Shown here: positions 38,549 to 50,935 of the stretch, piece by piece
Numbering within the stretch: the stretch's first letter is position 1
Layout of the letters: every line of letters starts with the position of its first letter
Source of the DNA: Raja brachyura
Lineage: Eukaryota
Length of the DNA: 64,000 nucleotides
Direction: 5' to 3'
Assembly (NCBI GenBank): GCA_963514005.1
Contig: OY740809.1
Coordinates: 20,832,001-20,896,000, forward strand
Notes under the pieces: model-generated
Told to the model about the DNA's origin: nothing
The model's database searches: none
The model's input: only the letters and a program-made list of their open reading frames with translations
Made by a program: the position numbers and the translations under genes

Positions 38549-38816
38549 GTAAGACATTGAGATCCAGAAATTGATTTAAACATTAATAAAGTGTTGTCTG
38601 AATCAGGTCTGAGGATTCATTTTAGTTCAGTTTACTATTGTCATGGGTTCTGAGGTACAGTGAAAAGTTTAATTGGTGAGGCAAAAACTTTGTTTTTTAA
38701 TTTCTATATGTTTTAAGCCCTCTGAATTACCACTGAAAACTGTGCACGTATATGCATTATATGTTGTGCACTTGGTACTTGTCATTGATTGTATGAATTA
38801 ATTACACCAGGTCTAA

Positions 38817-39118
38817 AGGGCCTGTCCTACTGTACGAGGTAATTCAAGAGTTCTCCCGCGTTTCCCCTGATTCTCGGAGAATTACGGTAATAGCCGCTCG
38901 TAGGTACTCGGGGCTCTCGTGGACATTTTTCAACATGTTGAAAAATCTTCACGAGCTTACCGCGTTTCCCGAGTACCTGACGTTAGCGTTACGAGCCACT
39001 GAAAGACGTCCCGAGCTCCGACGTACCCACTACATACATTCTACGTACTTACCACGAGTTTGATTTTTTTTAAACTCGGGAGAGCTCTTGAATTACCTCG
39101 TATAGTGGGACAGGCCCT
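38817..39118. mobile_element. PIF/Harbinger-type MITE
   Basis: About 47-bp TIRs agggcctgtcc.actgtacgaggtaattcaagag..ctcccg; TAA TSD at 38814-38816 and 39119-39121. Confidence 0.88.
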
Positions 39119-39403
39119 TAACTTTTCGAGAAATCTCTTTGTGTTCATGCTCATCACACCAATGTTTGGCCAAGACATTCACAAACGTTCACTGGAGAAC
39201 AAGATTAATCAGCCACTATTTTTCTGCAATGCATCAAAATGTATAGCCCGTCATATGATTTTATTTTAGCTGCTACGATTCTATTTTAGATTTGTGTTTA
39301 TCGCCTGAATCTAGCAAGCAAGCCCTAGTCAATGTAGTAAAGGATGAAGTTCTGGATACATTTTGTTGGATATTTTTCAATAAATCTATATCTTTGCCTC
39401 TAG

Positions 39404-39531
39404 GTTTGGATAGAGTTTGGTCGATTTTTGCTTCCCCAAGGTTTCCACCCCAATGATGTAGAAGAAGAATGGGGAAAACTGATCTTTGAAATGTTAGATC
39501 GAGAGAAAGCCCTCAGACCTGCAGTAGAAAG
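39404..39531 (+). CDS. MACF1: Exon: [42 protein letters not shown](R)
   Basis: ctctag|GTT...AG|gtttgt, 128 nt, phase 0/2. Confidence 0.95.
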
Positions 39532-40740
39532 GTTTGTTTCTGTGTTATAATGAGGTTTGGTCTACAAGCAAGTGCAATAATAGATTAAAGTAACATTTTC
39601 ATACTATTCTCTGCAGAGCTGGCCATTGGCATATTTAACTTTCCATCAGTACCCGCAATTTATGAGCATTGATATTCCTTTGAGGCACGCATTAATTTGG
39701 TATTAGAAATTGTTGATGCATCTGCCACCACAAAAGGGCTGGGAGTGTATGCACTGCAGATTTTTCAACAGTGAAATATGTTGTTGCAGAAATTAATTAT
39801 TTTGATATATTTAATGTTACAAATATTCAAAACAGAAACACAATTTGTGTATTTATGAAATTCAGGACACAGCAACGACTAAATAATGGTGTGACACATC
39901 AGCAGAGCTGAGTATTATTATGACTGAACATCTTTCACTTTGAATTGTGAATCTCATCTGAAAGGGAATTTCACATAATGGCAAAATGAATTTAGAGGGA
40001 TGACTTTAGGAAACCCATTGCTTTTTTTTTAAACTTGGACCAGTTTGGCTTTGTTCGTGGGGCTTTAGGTTCTTGTATTGTGCATTTTGAACATTATGCG
40101 TATTCTTCAATAAATAAACTGACTTGAACATATGTTTGATTTGTTCATGGAGGTCAGTGTAGGATTTTTTAAATGAGGATCTCCTATTGGATTTTTTAAT
40201 GTGCAGAAAATAGTGTTTCTTGTAGTAAAATATTTTTAGTAGGTTTATTTTCTCCTATCCCTCATACTGGGAATTTTTATATTTGTATGTGACTTTATAC
40301 AAAAATTGCAATTATCATGTAGCATGTTTCATATTTAATGAGCAAGATGTCAACTGCAGTAATGTGTGTAATTAAATAGAATACAAATTATGCATTTATC
40401 TTATTACGCTAATTACACCACAAACATAAAAGAACAGCATAACACATTACAACTAAAAGTAAATACCGCTTCAGCGACCCTTTGGTGGGTTAATCTGCTG
40501 AGTAGGCCACAAGCCAGCCAGCTGACTTCAATTGTCTTTAATAATCTTAACTCATGCTTTAAAGTTGTGTTTTCATGTGACATTGTATGGATTGTTTCCT
40601 GGGGTGCCTGATGCTGCACAAGAAAGTTGTGGTCATTTGTGTCCTTGGGTTAGCGTTTGCTTTACCAGCTTCCCATCACTCTGGCACTGCTTCAATGACA
40701 TGGAAGGCTAAACCATTATCAAAGGCCAAATTGCTGTGAG

Positions 40741-40802
40741 ATGTTCAAAAAAACATCTGTATCCTTGTGTAACTCGGGGAGGAGATTGTTAGTATTTGGA
40801 AG
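40741..40802 (+). CDS. MACF1: Putative alternative first coding exon MFKKTSVSLCNSGRRLLVFG(R), giving an isoform without the actin-binding domain
   Basis: ATG at 40741 with an upstream in-frame TGA (40696-40698); strong donor GAAG|gtgagc in phase 2, matching the phase-2 acceptor at 41303. Confidence 0.7.
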
Positions 40803-41302
40803 GTGAGCTAAGGATTTATAGTTTCTTGTTTGGGAACATATTTTCCATTGGAAATATTGGAATTATACCATTGAATAAATAGCATGCAATTTTTAATTAC
40901 TCGGCAACCTGCGTTTCAGTTTGCATCAATCGTTTTTATACTCTGCGAACAATTTTGACCACAAATTTCATAAATATTACTTTTTAAACAAGTCCAATTT
41001 TTAATGCATTTTTGTGTAACAATCAAAGTTTCCCTATTTACCCAAATGTACAAAATAGGCAACGTTAAGAGGAATGGTTGCTACATTTCACAAATTTATG
41101 AATCTGTTATGTTTCATGGAGTAATTAATTTATTTTCATGTATATGATAAAATATTTGAAATTATTGCCTTAACTCTACTATATTAGAAGAAAACGGTTT
41201 GATGCAAACAAATGCATTATGCAATGAATACAAATAATTGCATTACAGAAAGCCACATTAGTAAATTGAAATTAATTTATTCTGTTTTATTTTATATTCA
41301 AG

Positions 41303-41396
41303 GCTGGAACTACTACTGCAGATTGCCAATAAAATCCAAAATGGAGCTTTAAATTGCGAAGAAAAATTAACATTAGCCAAAAATACCCTGCAGGCT
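41303..41396 (+). CDS. MACF1: Exon: LELLLQIANKIQNGALNCEEKLTLAKNTLQA
   Basis: ttcaag|G...GCT|gtaagt, 94 nt, phase 2/0. Confidence 0.96.
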
Positions 41397-41505
41397 GTAA
41401 GTAAAGATGTCAACTCCAAAGAAATCAAGCAGTTAGACTGCCCACTAAAGATGAAAAAAAACTGGATTTCTGTTGACGTCTAATAAATTGAATTTATTTT
41501 TACAG

Positions 41506-41660
41506 GATGCTACTCATTTAGAATCAGGGCAGCAGTTTCATTATGAAACTGAAGTGGTCATGTACTTAGAAGAGTGTGAACGATTAATACGACAGCTACA
41601 AATTGACGTGCAGATTCTCCGAGATGAGAAGTATTATCAGGTGGAACAGATTGTTATGAG
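41506..41660 (+). CDS. MACF1: Exon: DATHLESGQQFHYETEVVMYLEECERLIRQLQIDVQILRDEKYYQVEQIVM(R)
   Basis: ttacag|GAT...AG|gtaagt, 155 nt; preceded by a 109-nt intron. Confidence 0.95.
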
Positions 41661-42327
41661 GTAAGTGTAGATGTGTTTATCTGCACTGACACACTCATTA
41701 TTCTTGCATTAATGCAGATCCAACTATGCTTAGTTATAATATTTCAATATATGTCATAAAATTAAATAATTGTAGTTGAATTGGCAACTGGAACTTTGAA
41801 AGATACATGCCCATTCAGTACAATACAATGTGGCTTCCAATTTAAATTACCTGCTGTCGCAGTTAAATAGTAATCACGATTTGGATACTTGCACAAAACT
41901 GAAGCTTCTCGTGCAATATCAAGGCAGTTATTTCATTGCTTCGGTAACTGGTTTTGCTGCAACATAAAACCTTGATTGAGTGGATAACGAACATCTACTC
42001 CATAATGTATTACATGCTCTAAATTGTCAAAATTACATGCATGTAGTCGTTTGATAGGAGGATGTATATTTAAATTCTTAAAAACCTTCTGCAGAAAACA
42101 ATGACAAAGCCTTTTACAATGTTTTACTGAATAAATTGGTGTGATGTGGGTTTTGTGTTATTTATTGATGATTATGCATGCATGCATGCTTGGTTATTGT
42201 TGATTCAAATGTTTTGCTATCAAAACCATTTCAAAAGTGCAAGTGCTGAATTTTGTGTAAGTAGAACAGTCGTGTATTTTCTTTCCAAATATCTTGAATT
42301 CTCAGCATGCTCGCCATCTTTTCGCAG

Positions 42328-42607
42328 AATCATTAAACTGCAGGATGAACTGGTGACGTTGAGGCTCGAGTGCACCAACCTGTACAGGAAAGGACATTTT
42401 ATCTCCTCAACAGACCACTTGCAGCCTTTGAACCTGACTGCCATTGACTTAACAACTGATGTTGGTTCAAGCACTTTGCACATCTCCTCCCTCACGGGAT
42501 TTAAAAAACCCGTAACAAGGTCAGAATTGATTGCAATCTCTTCAACGCAAGATGAAGGAAGCCTGCGATTTGTCTATGAGCTTTTGGCCTGGGTGGAGGA
42601 AATGCAG
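42328..42607 (+). CDS. MACF1: Exon: IIKLQDELVTLRLECTNLYRKGHF...LRFVYELLAWVEEMQ
   Basis: ttcgcag|A...CAG|gtactg, 280 nt, phase 2/0. Confidence 0.94.
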
Positions 42608-43800
42608 GTACTGAACACTTTTCCATTTAAACAGAAGTGTTCTTTGCAATACACCTTGGAGTAAATAGCTCACTTAGCTTAGAATTAGATTCATGTTGTC
42701 AAGAGCCTCATGATCTCCAGTTCCAGGCAAGCAATGTTTTTTATCGAGTCATAGTACGTGGATACAGGCCCTTCAACCCAATTTACCCACATTGACCAAC
42801 ATGTTCCATCTACACTCATCCCTCATGCCCGCATAAAGCTCTATTTCTCATTATACTTACATTCTCTCATCTGTGTATCATTTTTTTCCTATACTACAGC
42901 TATGTCGCAACGCTCTTCGAGGATAACCTTCGATGACTTTGCCAATATACCATTTCAATTTCTTGAATGGAGGCAAATGCAGATCCCCATTGAAACTAGA
43001 TTTATGTCCCTGTATAATGTTTGATGCTGCTCTAAGATTGAAAATAAATACAATTCAGACCAAGCAGGCTAGATCTCTTCATATTTCATGGACCTTTTTA
43101 TAGTTCAGAAATGAAAACACGAGCGGAAAAGTATTGTTCTGGTTTTGTTTTCTCATTCACCGTTCCGTCTCTGTCCTTTAGAAATTGTTCAGTACGGAAC
43201 AGGCTCTTTGGGAATCCGTTTGACAGGAGCCAGCAATCACTATTCTCTTGTTGTGCAGGATTCGAATATACATCCTCCAAGATCTACAAAATATAATGCA
43301 AAAACTTATGCTTGTTTCTAAATAATCTCTCCCTATCAATAAATATGCGAACCTTGTTCCAGAACTATCTCACTTGCTGAGATAGGTTTGAGGATCATTG
43401 TGATTGGGGCATAATGTTTATGTGTGAGGGTGTGCATATGTAAGTTAATGGACATTTTTCGGATGGTGTACTTTTATGTACAAAGTTACCAGCATTATTT
43501 TTCTGCTATCATCCCAGTTAGAAATGTTCTTGTTCAATGTGCACTGTGGCTTTTATAATGGATTTCTCCTGTATTAGTGTCTTGCAACCATTTGATACAC
43601 CCAGCAATATCGGCAGTCACAGTAATTAATTCCTGCACTCAGACTCGGCTTTTATCAGTTTAATTTGTTGGTGTATATTTAAGCAAACTTCTCATGTTGG
43701 GAGATAGTCCAATCACAGGATGTATACAATCTAGAGCAGCTGAAAGTACTTCTAATGGTGGGGCGGTGCTGAGCTGATAATGTATGGTGTCCTTCTGCAG

Positions 43801-43929
43801 GTTAAACTTGATCGTGCTGAATGGGGCACGGACTTGCCCAATGTGGAGATGCAGCTGGAAACACACAGGCCAATCCATGCTGCAGTGGAAGAACTGGACT
43901 CTAGTCTTAAAGAAGCAAAAATTTATGAG
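43801..43929 (+). CDS. MACF1: Exon: VKLDRAEWGTDLPNVEMQLETHRPIHAAVEELDSSLKEAKIYE
   Basis: ctgcag|GTT...GAG|gtaact, 129 nt. Confidence 0.95.
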
Positions 43930-44675
43930 GTAACTTTTTTTTCTATTATTTTGTCTCACTATTTTGGGAAATATAATAAATAATTAAAATCTTAATCTTA
44001 GCTGTTGCTGAAATTGCCCGACGAGATAATTTTCTCAACTGCTGACCATACGACCCAGTGCAGAGCAATGTGATAAACTGTTCCTCTTGATATCTGATTG
44101 CCATCATCCCTTATCCTCAAAAATAATAAAATCCAGATGAGTGCCATGGGAATATTCCAACGCATTTCTAGGCAGTTAAAAAGTTTCATCTTTACATTCC
44201 TGAACTCTGTTGTACTTGTTATAAACTGCTTCGAATCCCATTGCTCTTTAATCCTGTGCTTGCTGATATGTACTGGTTCCTAATTTAGAAATACATATTT
44301 TAGAATTTTCATCCTTTTTAAATCTCTAAATCTAACTGTAATGCTCTTCACTACCCTGGTAATCTCTGTCCCCACAATAGTCTTCATTCTAATTCAGGCT
44401 TCTTGAATGTCCACGTTTTTAGTCACACTTCCATCGGTCGATGGGCCTTAAGGTCTGGAATTGCTGCTCTGTTTTTTTCCTCTGATGTCTCTTGCCGGTT
44501 GTCTTTTCTTATTTTAATGGACAGATACATAGTAATTTACACAGGTAATTATTTTTGTCATTGAATGATCCGACCTAACACGTCTTCATATTGAATGCAT
44601 TACCATGACTGAATCCCTACAATCAACACAGAATTCAACTGGATCAGCTACCTAAGTGATCATAACTGGGTATCT

Positions 44676-45917
44676 GTGTGGGAAAGAAATGTAGATGCTG
44701 GTTTAAATCGAAGATAGACACAAAATGCTGGAGTAACTCAGCGGGTCAGGCAGCATCTCGAGAGAAGGAATGGGTGACGTTTCGGGTCGAGACGCTTCTT
44801 CAGACTGATGTCAGGGGAGGGGGGCGGGACGAAGATAGAATGTCGTCGGAGACAGTAAGACTAGTGGGAGAACTGGGAAGGGGGAGGGGATGGAGAGAGA
44901 AAGCAATGGCTATCTGAAGTTAGAGAAGTCAATGTGGGGTGTAAACTACCCAAACGAAATATGAGATGCTGTTCCTCCAATTTGTGATGGACCTCACTCA
45001 CAGAATGGAGGAGGCCCAGTACAGAAAGGTCAGATTGGGAATGGGAGGGGGAGTTGAAGTGCTGAGCCACCAGACGATCAGATAGGTTAAGACGGACTGA
45101 GCGGAGTTGTTCAGCGAAACGATCACCGAGCCTGCGCCTGGTTTCGCCTATGTAGAAAAGTTGACACCTGGACCAGCAGATATAGTAAATGAGGTTGAAG
45201 GAGGTTCACGTGAACTGGAAGGACTGTTTGGGTTCTTGGATGGAGTCGAGGGGGGAGATAAAGGGACAGGTGTGGCATCTCTTGCGGTTGCAGGGGAAAG
45301 TACCTGGGGAGGGGGTGGTTTGGATGGGCAGGGATAAGTTGACCAGGGAGTTTCGGAGGGAACAGACTCTGCAGAAAGCAGAAAGGGGTGGAGATGGGAA
45401 GATGTGGCCAGTAGTGGGTTCCCGTTGGAGGTGGCGAAAATGTTAGAGGATTACATTCTGTATGCAACAGTTGATGGGGTGGAAGATGAGGATAAGGGGG
45501 ACTGTCCTTGTTATGAATGGGGGGGAGGGTGAGCAAGAGCGGAGGTGCGAGATATCGAAGAACCCCTAGTGAGAGCCTCATCTGTAATGGAACAGGGGAG
45601 CCCCGTTTCCTAAAGAATGAGGACATCTCCGATGCCCTGGTATGGAATACCTCATCCTGGGCGCAGATGCAGCGCAGACGGAGGAATTGGAAGTAGTGGG
45701 TATGAACATTGTCTTCTCTAACTTCAGATAGTCCTTGCTTTCTCTCTCCATTCTCTTCCCAGTTCTCCCACTAGTCTTACTATCTCTGACTATATTCTAT
45801 CTTTGCCCTGCTCCCTCCCCTGACATCAGTCTGAAGAAGGGTCTCGACCCGAAACGTCACCCATTCCTTCTCTCCAGAGATGCTGCCTGTCCCGCTGAGG
45901 TGCTCCAGCATTTTGTG
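44676..45917 (-). mobile_element. Penelope-like retroelement, 5' truncated: GIY-YIG endonuclease region plus an inverted copy of the 3' terminus; 16-bp TSD
   Basis: - strand NLIYYICWSRCQLFYIGET (GIY-YIG, about 45140-45200) and AQHFNSPSHSQSDL...EEQHLIFRLGSLHP; 45701-45917 is an inverted copy of the 3' end; TSD tcataactgggtatct at 44660-44675 and 45918-45933; frameshifted. Confidence 0.9.
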
Positions 45918-47677
45918 TCATAACTGGGTATCTTGCAGCATGTCGCCTGCAGACACTCCCAAAGCCCATCCACTATATTATATTTATATATTATATATAT
46001 AAGGTGTAAGAAAATGTCTATTTTTTTCCCTGGATGAATACAGCTCCAATGACGCTCAAGAAGTTCAACACCACCCAGGGCAAAGCAGCCTAGTTGATTG
46101 GAGACCCCATCTATCATCCTAGACATTCATTTAATGCACCACTTTTACTTCTTTGCTGCATTGAATGCCATTTACTAAGTGAACTGCAGATTCTTACACT
46201 AGCCTTTGGCAACAGTATCTCCCACTCTTTCTTCGAAGCAGCCGAGTTGATTAGAGCCCCATCCATTATCTTAGACATTAATATAGTGCAGCACTTTTGC
46301 TTCTTCACTGCATTGTGTGCCTTTTATTAAGTGAACTGCCGATACTTACACAAGGCTGTAAGTATCCCACACTTGCTACCTACCACAAAGAAGGACAAAG
46401 ACAAGGGCATGAAGTGCATGGGACACCACTTGAATGTTCCCCTCCAAGTTGCACGGCTTCCTGACTTGGAAAGTATCGCCATTGCTTTGTTGTCGTAAGA
46501 TCTCATTTCAACGATTTTCCTTCCCTAAAGAATTGTTGGTGTACCTTCACCAGAACAATTTCAACAGTTCAAGAAAATGGTTCACCATCTTCCTTAGGGC
46601 AACGAAGGATGAGCAATAAACGTTGTCCTTGCCAGAAATGCCCGCATCCCAAAGGAAGAATAAATAGAAGTTATTTGCTGTTGTGTCACTGCTTATGGAG
46701 ACATAGAGTGGAAACTTCACACCGGCCAACATGTCCCAGCTACACTAGTCCAACCTGCCTGCATTTGGCCCATATCCTTTCAAACTTGTCCTATCCATGT
46801 AGTGTCTAACTGTTCTAATGACTTTTATATCTTCGGGTCCCAGTGCTCGTCCTCACAATTGTAATTCTTATTTTCCAAGAAGTATGTGTCCTCTTTATTC
46901 TTACTATCAAAATGTAATGCTTCATACTTACCTATTTAAATAGTAATTAATTTGCAAATTACCTGACATTTTCATTCTGGAAGTTTATTAATGTTTCCTT
47001 GCCTTTAAAAAAAATGTATTCTTCACTAATCCTACCCCAACAATCTGTATTCCACAGATTTTAAAATTCTACTTCTGATTCCCATGTGCAGATCATTTTG
47101 TTAAACGATGACTAAGAGTGATCTCAATGCAAATGTTTGTGGAGCACTAATTCCAATGTTGTGTAACTCCAACCCTGTGGTCTGCAGCACAGGTGTGGAG
47201 GCAAGAGTTACAAAGGTGGAGAATGGTGAACAAACTCAAAAGTGCATGAACAGGGAGGACCAAACTTTCAGTAAATTAAGTTTTCACCGTCTTTGCAGTC
47301 AGAAGAATAAACAATGCTATTTAATTATGTGGCTCTATATAATTATAGATCAGTTGCTTTTGGCGACCTGGTCTCTTTGGGGAGCTTTATTAGAGGCTTA
47401 GGTTTTAAAAAAAGTATTTATAAGATGTCAGCATTGCTTGCAAGATTGCATTTATTGCCCAGCTTCCTCATGCTGTTCTTTGCAGTTCATCTGTAATGGT
47501 GGTACAGGTACACCTGTGTTGTTAGTTACTGACTTCCAAGATTTAAAATTAGCAAGTATGAAGGAATATAAATTCCACATCAGCTTTGATGTGGTGCAAA
47601 TGCATTTGTGTCTTGATGTGGTTTGGCACAAACCTCAACAACCTTCATTAATTAATAAATATTCCCAATCTTTACAG

Positions 47678-47755
47678 GGCCAAATCTCTTCAAACTTCAA
47701 GACCAGTTATTCAGATACGCTAAGTAAACTGGAAGTACAATACCTCAAACTACTG
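47678..47755 (+). CDS. MACF1: Exon: GQISSNFKTSYSDTLSKLEVQYLKLL
   Basis: tttacag|GGC...CTG|gtaagt, 78 nt. Confidence 0.93.
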
Positions 47756-48499
47756 GTAAGTTAATCAGTTGAAGTATCCAATTGTTTCTTTATAAATAGG
47801 TAGTGAAGTGCACAATGTTTTAAGGGCACTAAAGCAAATAACCTTTTCATTCACAAGTATTAAAAGCTATCAGTTGCGCAATCAAATCCTGTCAATAAAG
47901 ATAATTAAATTAAATCGGAGCAGAATAAAACATTTTCACTTGAATGACCTTTGGTACAAACTGTGCTCATTGTTTTGAGGCACATCTTTGTTGAAACAAA
48001 ACAGACCTGTTCTTCAATCCCTTAAGCAATATAATGCATTTATATTAGTCCCAGTTTATTTGAGTCGGTATGTCTAAAATTCTGCAGGATATCCAGCTCA
48101 GTTTCTGCACTGTCAATGCGCATTCAAAAGATCTACTTATGTAGTTTAAAAATATAATTAATTTTATCTATTTAACCAATTGTACTTCTAAATTACAGTA
48201 GATTGAGAATGGGGAATTAACCTCTGTACTTTGACAAAGACAATGCATTGACACCAATCAAAATACGTGAGGAATAATGGTTGGAAGTAATATATTTAAA
48301 ATATTTGAAAGTTAATTTCACTGTACCTTAATTGGTACAAGTGACAATAAACTGACCTTGAAATGTTGACCTTTAAACCTTGAAGTTAATATATTCCATA
48401 TGTTGCTGACAAAGAACTTTCATTTACCTTTTTAATTCATCTAATACGTGCAGTTGCATTTTATTGTGAACATTTAATTTTATATGAGCATCATTTAGT

Positions 48500-48800
48500 T
48501 GGGGAATCGAGAACCAAAGGACATAGGTTTAAAGTGATGGGGAAAAGATTTAATAGGAACCTGAGGGGTAACTTTTTCACGCAAAGGGTGGCGGGGGTAT
48601 GGAACAAGCTACCAGAAGAGGTAGTTGAGGCTGGTACTATTGCAATGTTTAAGAAACATTTAGACATGGATAGGACAGGGTTAGAGGAATATAGGCCAAA
48701 CGCAGATAGGTGGGAATAGTGTGGTTGGGACATGTTGGTCATTGTGGGCAAGTTGGGTTGAAGGGCCGGTTTCCACGCTGTCTGACACTATAACTCTGAG
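48500..48800 (+). mobile_element. CR1 3' end
   Basis: GKRFNRNLRGNFFTQRVAGVWNKLPEEVVEAG. Confidence 0.82.
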
Positions 48801-48819
48801 GCCATGCGATTTCAACTTA

Positions 48820-49160
48820 TTCTGACATGGAAGGAAGCTATTTGGTCCATCAGCTCTGCATTGGTTCGCAGCAGATCAATCCCATCAGTTTCATTCCCCC
48901 TCTGCTATTTCCCCAGCAATTTCATTCTCAAGTGTGTCCATCAACTCCCATTTGATTTTATTGCCACTTCCTATATTATTAAGAGATACTTTACAGTTGC
49001 CAGTTAACCTACCCGCACATCTTTACGAGGGGGGAGGAAGCCAGAAGAAATTTGATCAATGGAGAACATGCAGAGTCCAAAGACTTCTGCAAACGTGCAA
49101 AGTTGAGTTTTAACTGGGCCCCTGGAGCCCTGAGCAGCAGTATTAACCACAGTGCAAACA
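48820..49160 (-). mobile_element. Degenerate V-SINE
   Basis: ccagttaacctacc.gcacatcttt...ggaggaagccag..g.aa...ggagaacatgca. Confidence 0.55.
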
Positions 49161-49257
49161 ATCCCACCGACATTTCAATTTAGTTACTTGATAAAGTGGT
49201 AGAATTTGTTGGACACAAATGAAGAGCTACAACCCTTCATTTCTTCAACCCATCCTT

Positions 49258-50212
49258 GGAAGGAAGCAGAGGGAGGTGGTGGAAGGTTGCTTCTTGGACT
49301 GGAGGCCTGTGACTAGTGGTGTGCCTCAGGGTTCGGTGCTGGGCCCATTAATGGTCCCATTACTGTTTGTCATCAATGATTTGGATGCGAACATACATGA
49401 CAAGATTAGCAAGTTTGCAGATGATACAAAAGTGCGTAGTTTTGAAGATAGTGCAGATGGTTGTGAAAAATTGCAGCGGGATCTTGATCGATTGGCCAAG
49501 TGGGCTGAGCAACGGTTGATGGAATTTCATGCAGAGATATTTGAGGTGCTGCATTTTGGGAAGTCTAACATGGGCAGGACCTACACTGTAAATGGCAGGG
49601 CTCTGTATAGTGTTGTAGTGCAGAGGGATCTAGGAGTGTAGGTGCATAGTTCCTTGAAGGTGGAGTCACAGGTAGATCGGGTGGTCAAGAAGGCTTTTGG
49701 TACGTTGGCCTTCATCAACCAGAGTATTGAGTATAGAAGTTGGGAGGTCATGTTGCAGTTGTATAAGACCTAGTGAGGACGCATTTGGAGTATTGTGAAC
49801 ATTGTGAACATTTTGTTGAGTAGGCCGGACTCTATTCCTTGGAGCACAGGAGGATGAGTGGTGATCTTATAGAGGTCTAGATTGGGTAGATGCAGAGTCT
49901 CTTTCCCAGAGTAGGTGAATCGAGGACCAGAGGACATAGGTTTAAAGTGAAGGGGAAAAGATTTCATAGGAATCTGAGGGGTAACTTTTTCACACAAAGG
50001 GTGGTGGATGTATGGAACAAGCTGCCAGAGGATTGAGGCAGGGGCTATCCCAATATTTTAGAAACAGTTAGATTGGTACATGGATAGGACAGGTTTGGAG
50101 GGATATGGACCAGATGCGGGCAGGTGGGACTAATGTAGCTGTGACATGTTGGCTGGTATGGGCAAGTTGGGCCGAAGGGCCTGTTTCCATACTGTATCAC
50201 TCTATGACTCTA
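49258..50212 (+). mobile_element. CR1 LINE RT-to-3'-end fragment, ending about 47 bp before an exon
   Basis: WRPVTSGVPQGSVLGPL and ISKFADDTK; (ctatgact) tail. Confidence 0.9.
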
Positions 50213-50259
50213 ACCCTTGTTCTATGGTCAGTATGTAACCCTTTATTTTTCTTCCTCAG

Positions 50260-50421
50260 GAAACATCAAGGCTGCGTTTGAGACACTTGTTAAGTTTGCA
50301 CAGTTTTGTATCAAATGTGACAACTGAGCTTATTTGGCTAAATGAAAAGGAGGAGGAAGAATTGGCCTATGATTGGAGTGACAACAATACAAATATTTCT
50401 ACAAAGAAAGAATATTTCATC
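50260..50421 (+). CDS. MACF1: Exon: [54 protein letters not shown]
   Basis: cctcag|GAA...ATC|gtaagt, 162 nt. Confidence 0.95.
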
Positions 50422-50749
50422 GTAAGTTTTATGTTTAAAGTTAAACCCACTTCCAGCTGTCACTAGCCTGAGTGCAGGGCACCGGGGGGGGGGGGGAGAG
50501 AGGGCAGATGAAGGCGCTGCCAAGGTTTCCAAAGGAGCCAGGGTTGGACTGCAGGCCACTGCTGTAACCTGAGGGATGAGGACCATTGGCAGCCGGGGTG
50601 TGCTCAAAGGGAGAAACTGGGCATCTGCGGGGGTCGAGTGGAAAATAACTTCAAGCTGGGAAATGTCATGCATGGCAGCTGGAGATTGGAGGACGGCCGG
50701 AGTGGGTGGATGAAGGGGGAGGAGGAGCTGGAAAAGGAGGACTAAGGGA

Positions 50750-50935
50750 GGCAGACACCAAATGCTGGAGCAACTAAGCGGGGACAGGCAGCATTTCTGG
50801 AGAAAAAGAATTGGGCGACGTTTCATGTCAAAACACTTCTTCAGACTTTTTTTCTCTTGAGCTGCTGCCTGACCTGCTGAGTTACTCCAGCATTTTGTGT
50901 CTATCTTTGATATAAATCAGCATCTGCAGTTCCAT
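50750..50935. mobile_element. Hairpin-form Penelope-derived insertion
   Basis: agacaccaaatgctggagcaact / agttactccagcattttgtgtct inverted pair. Confidence 0.7.
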
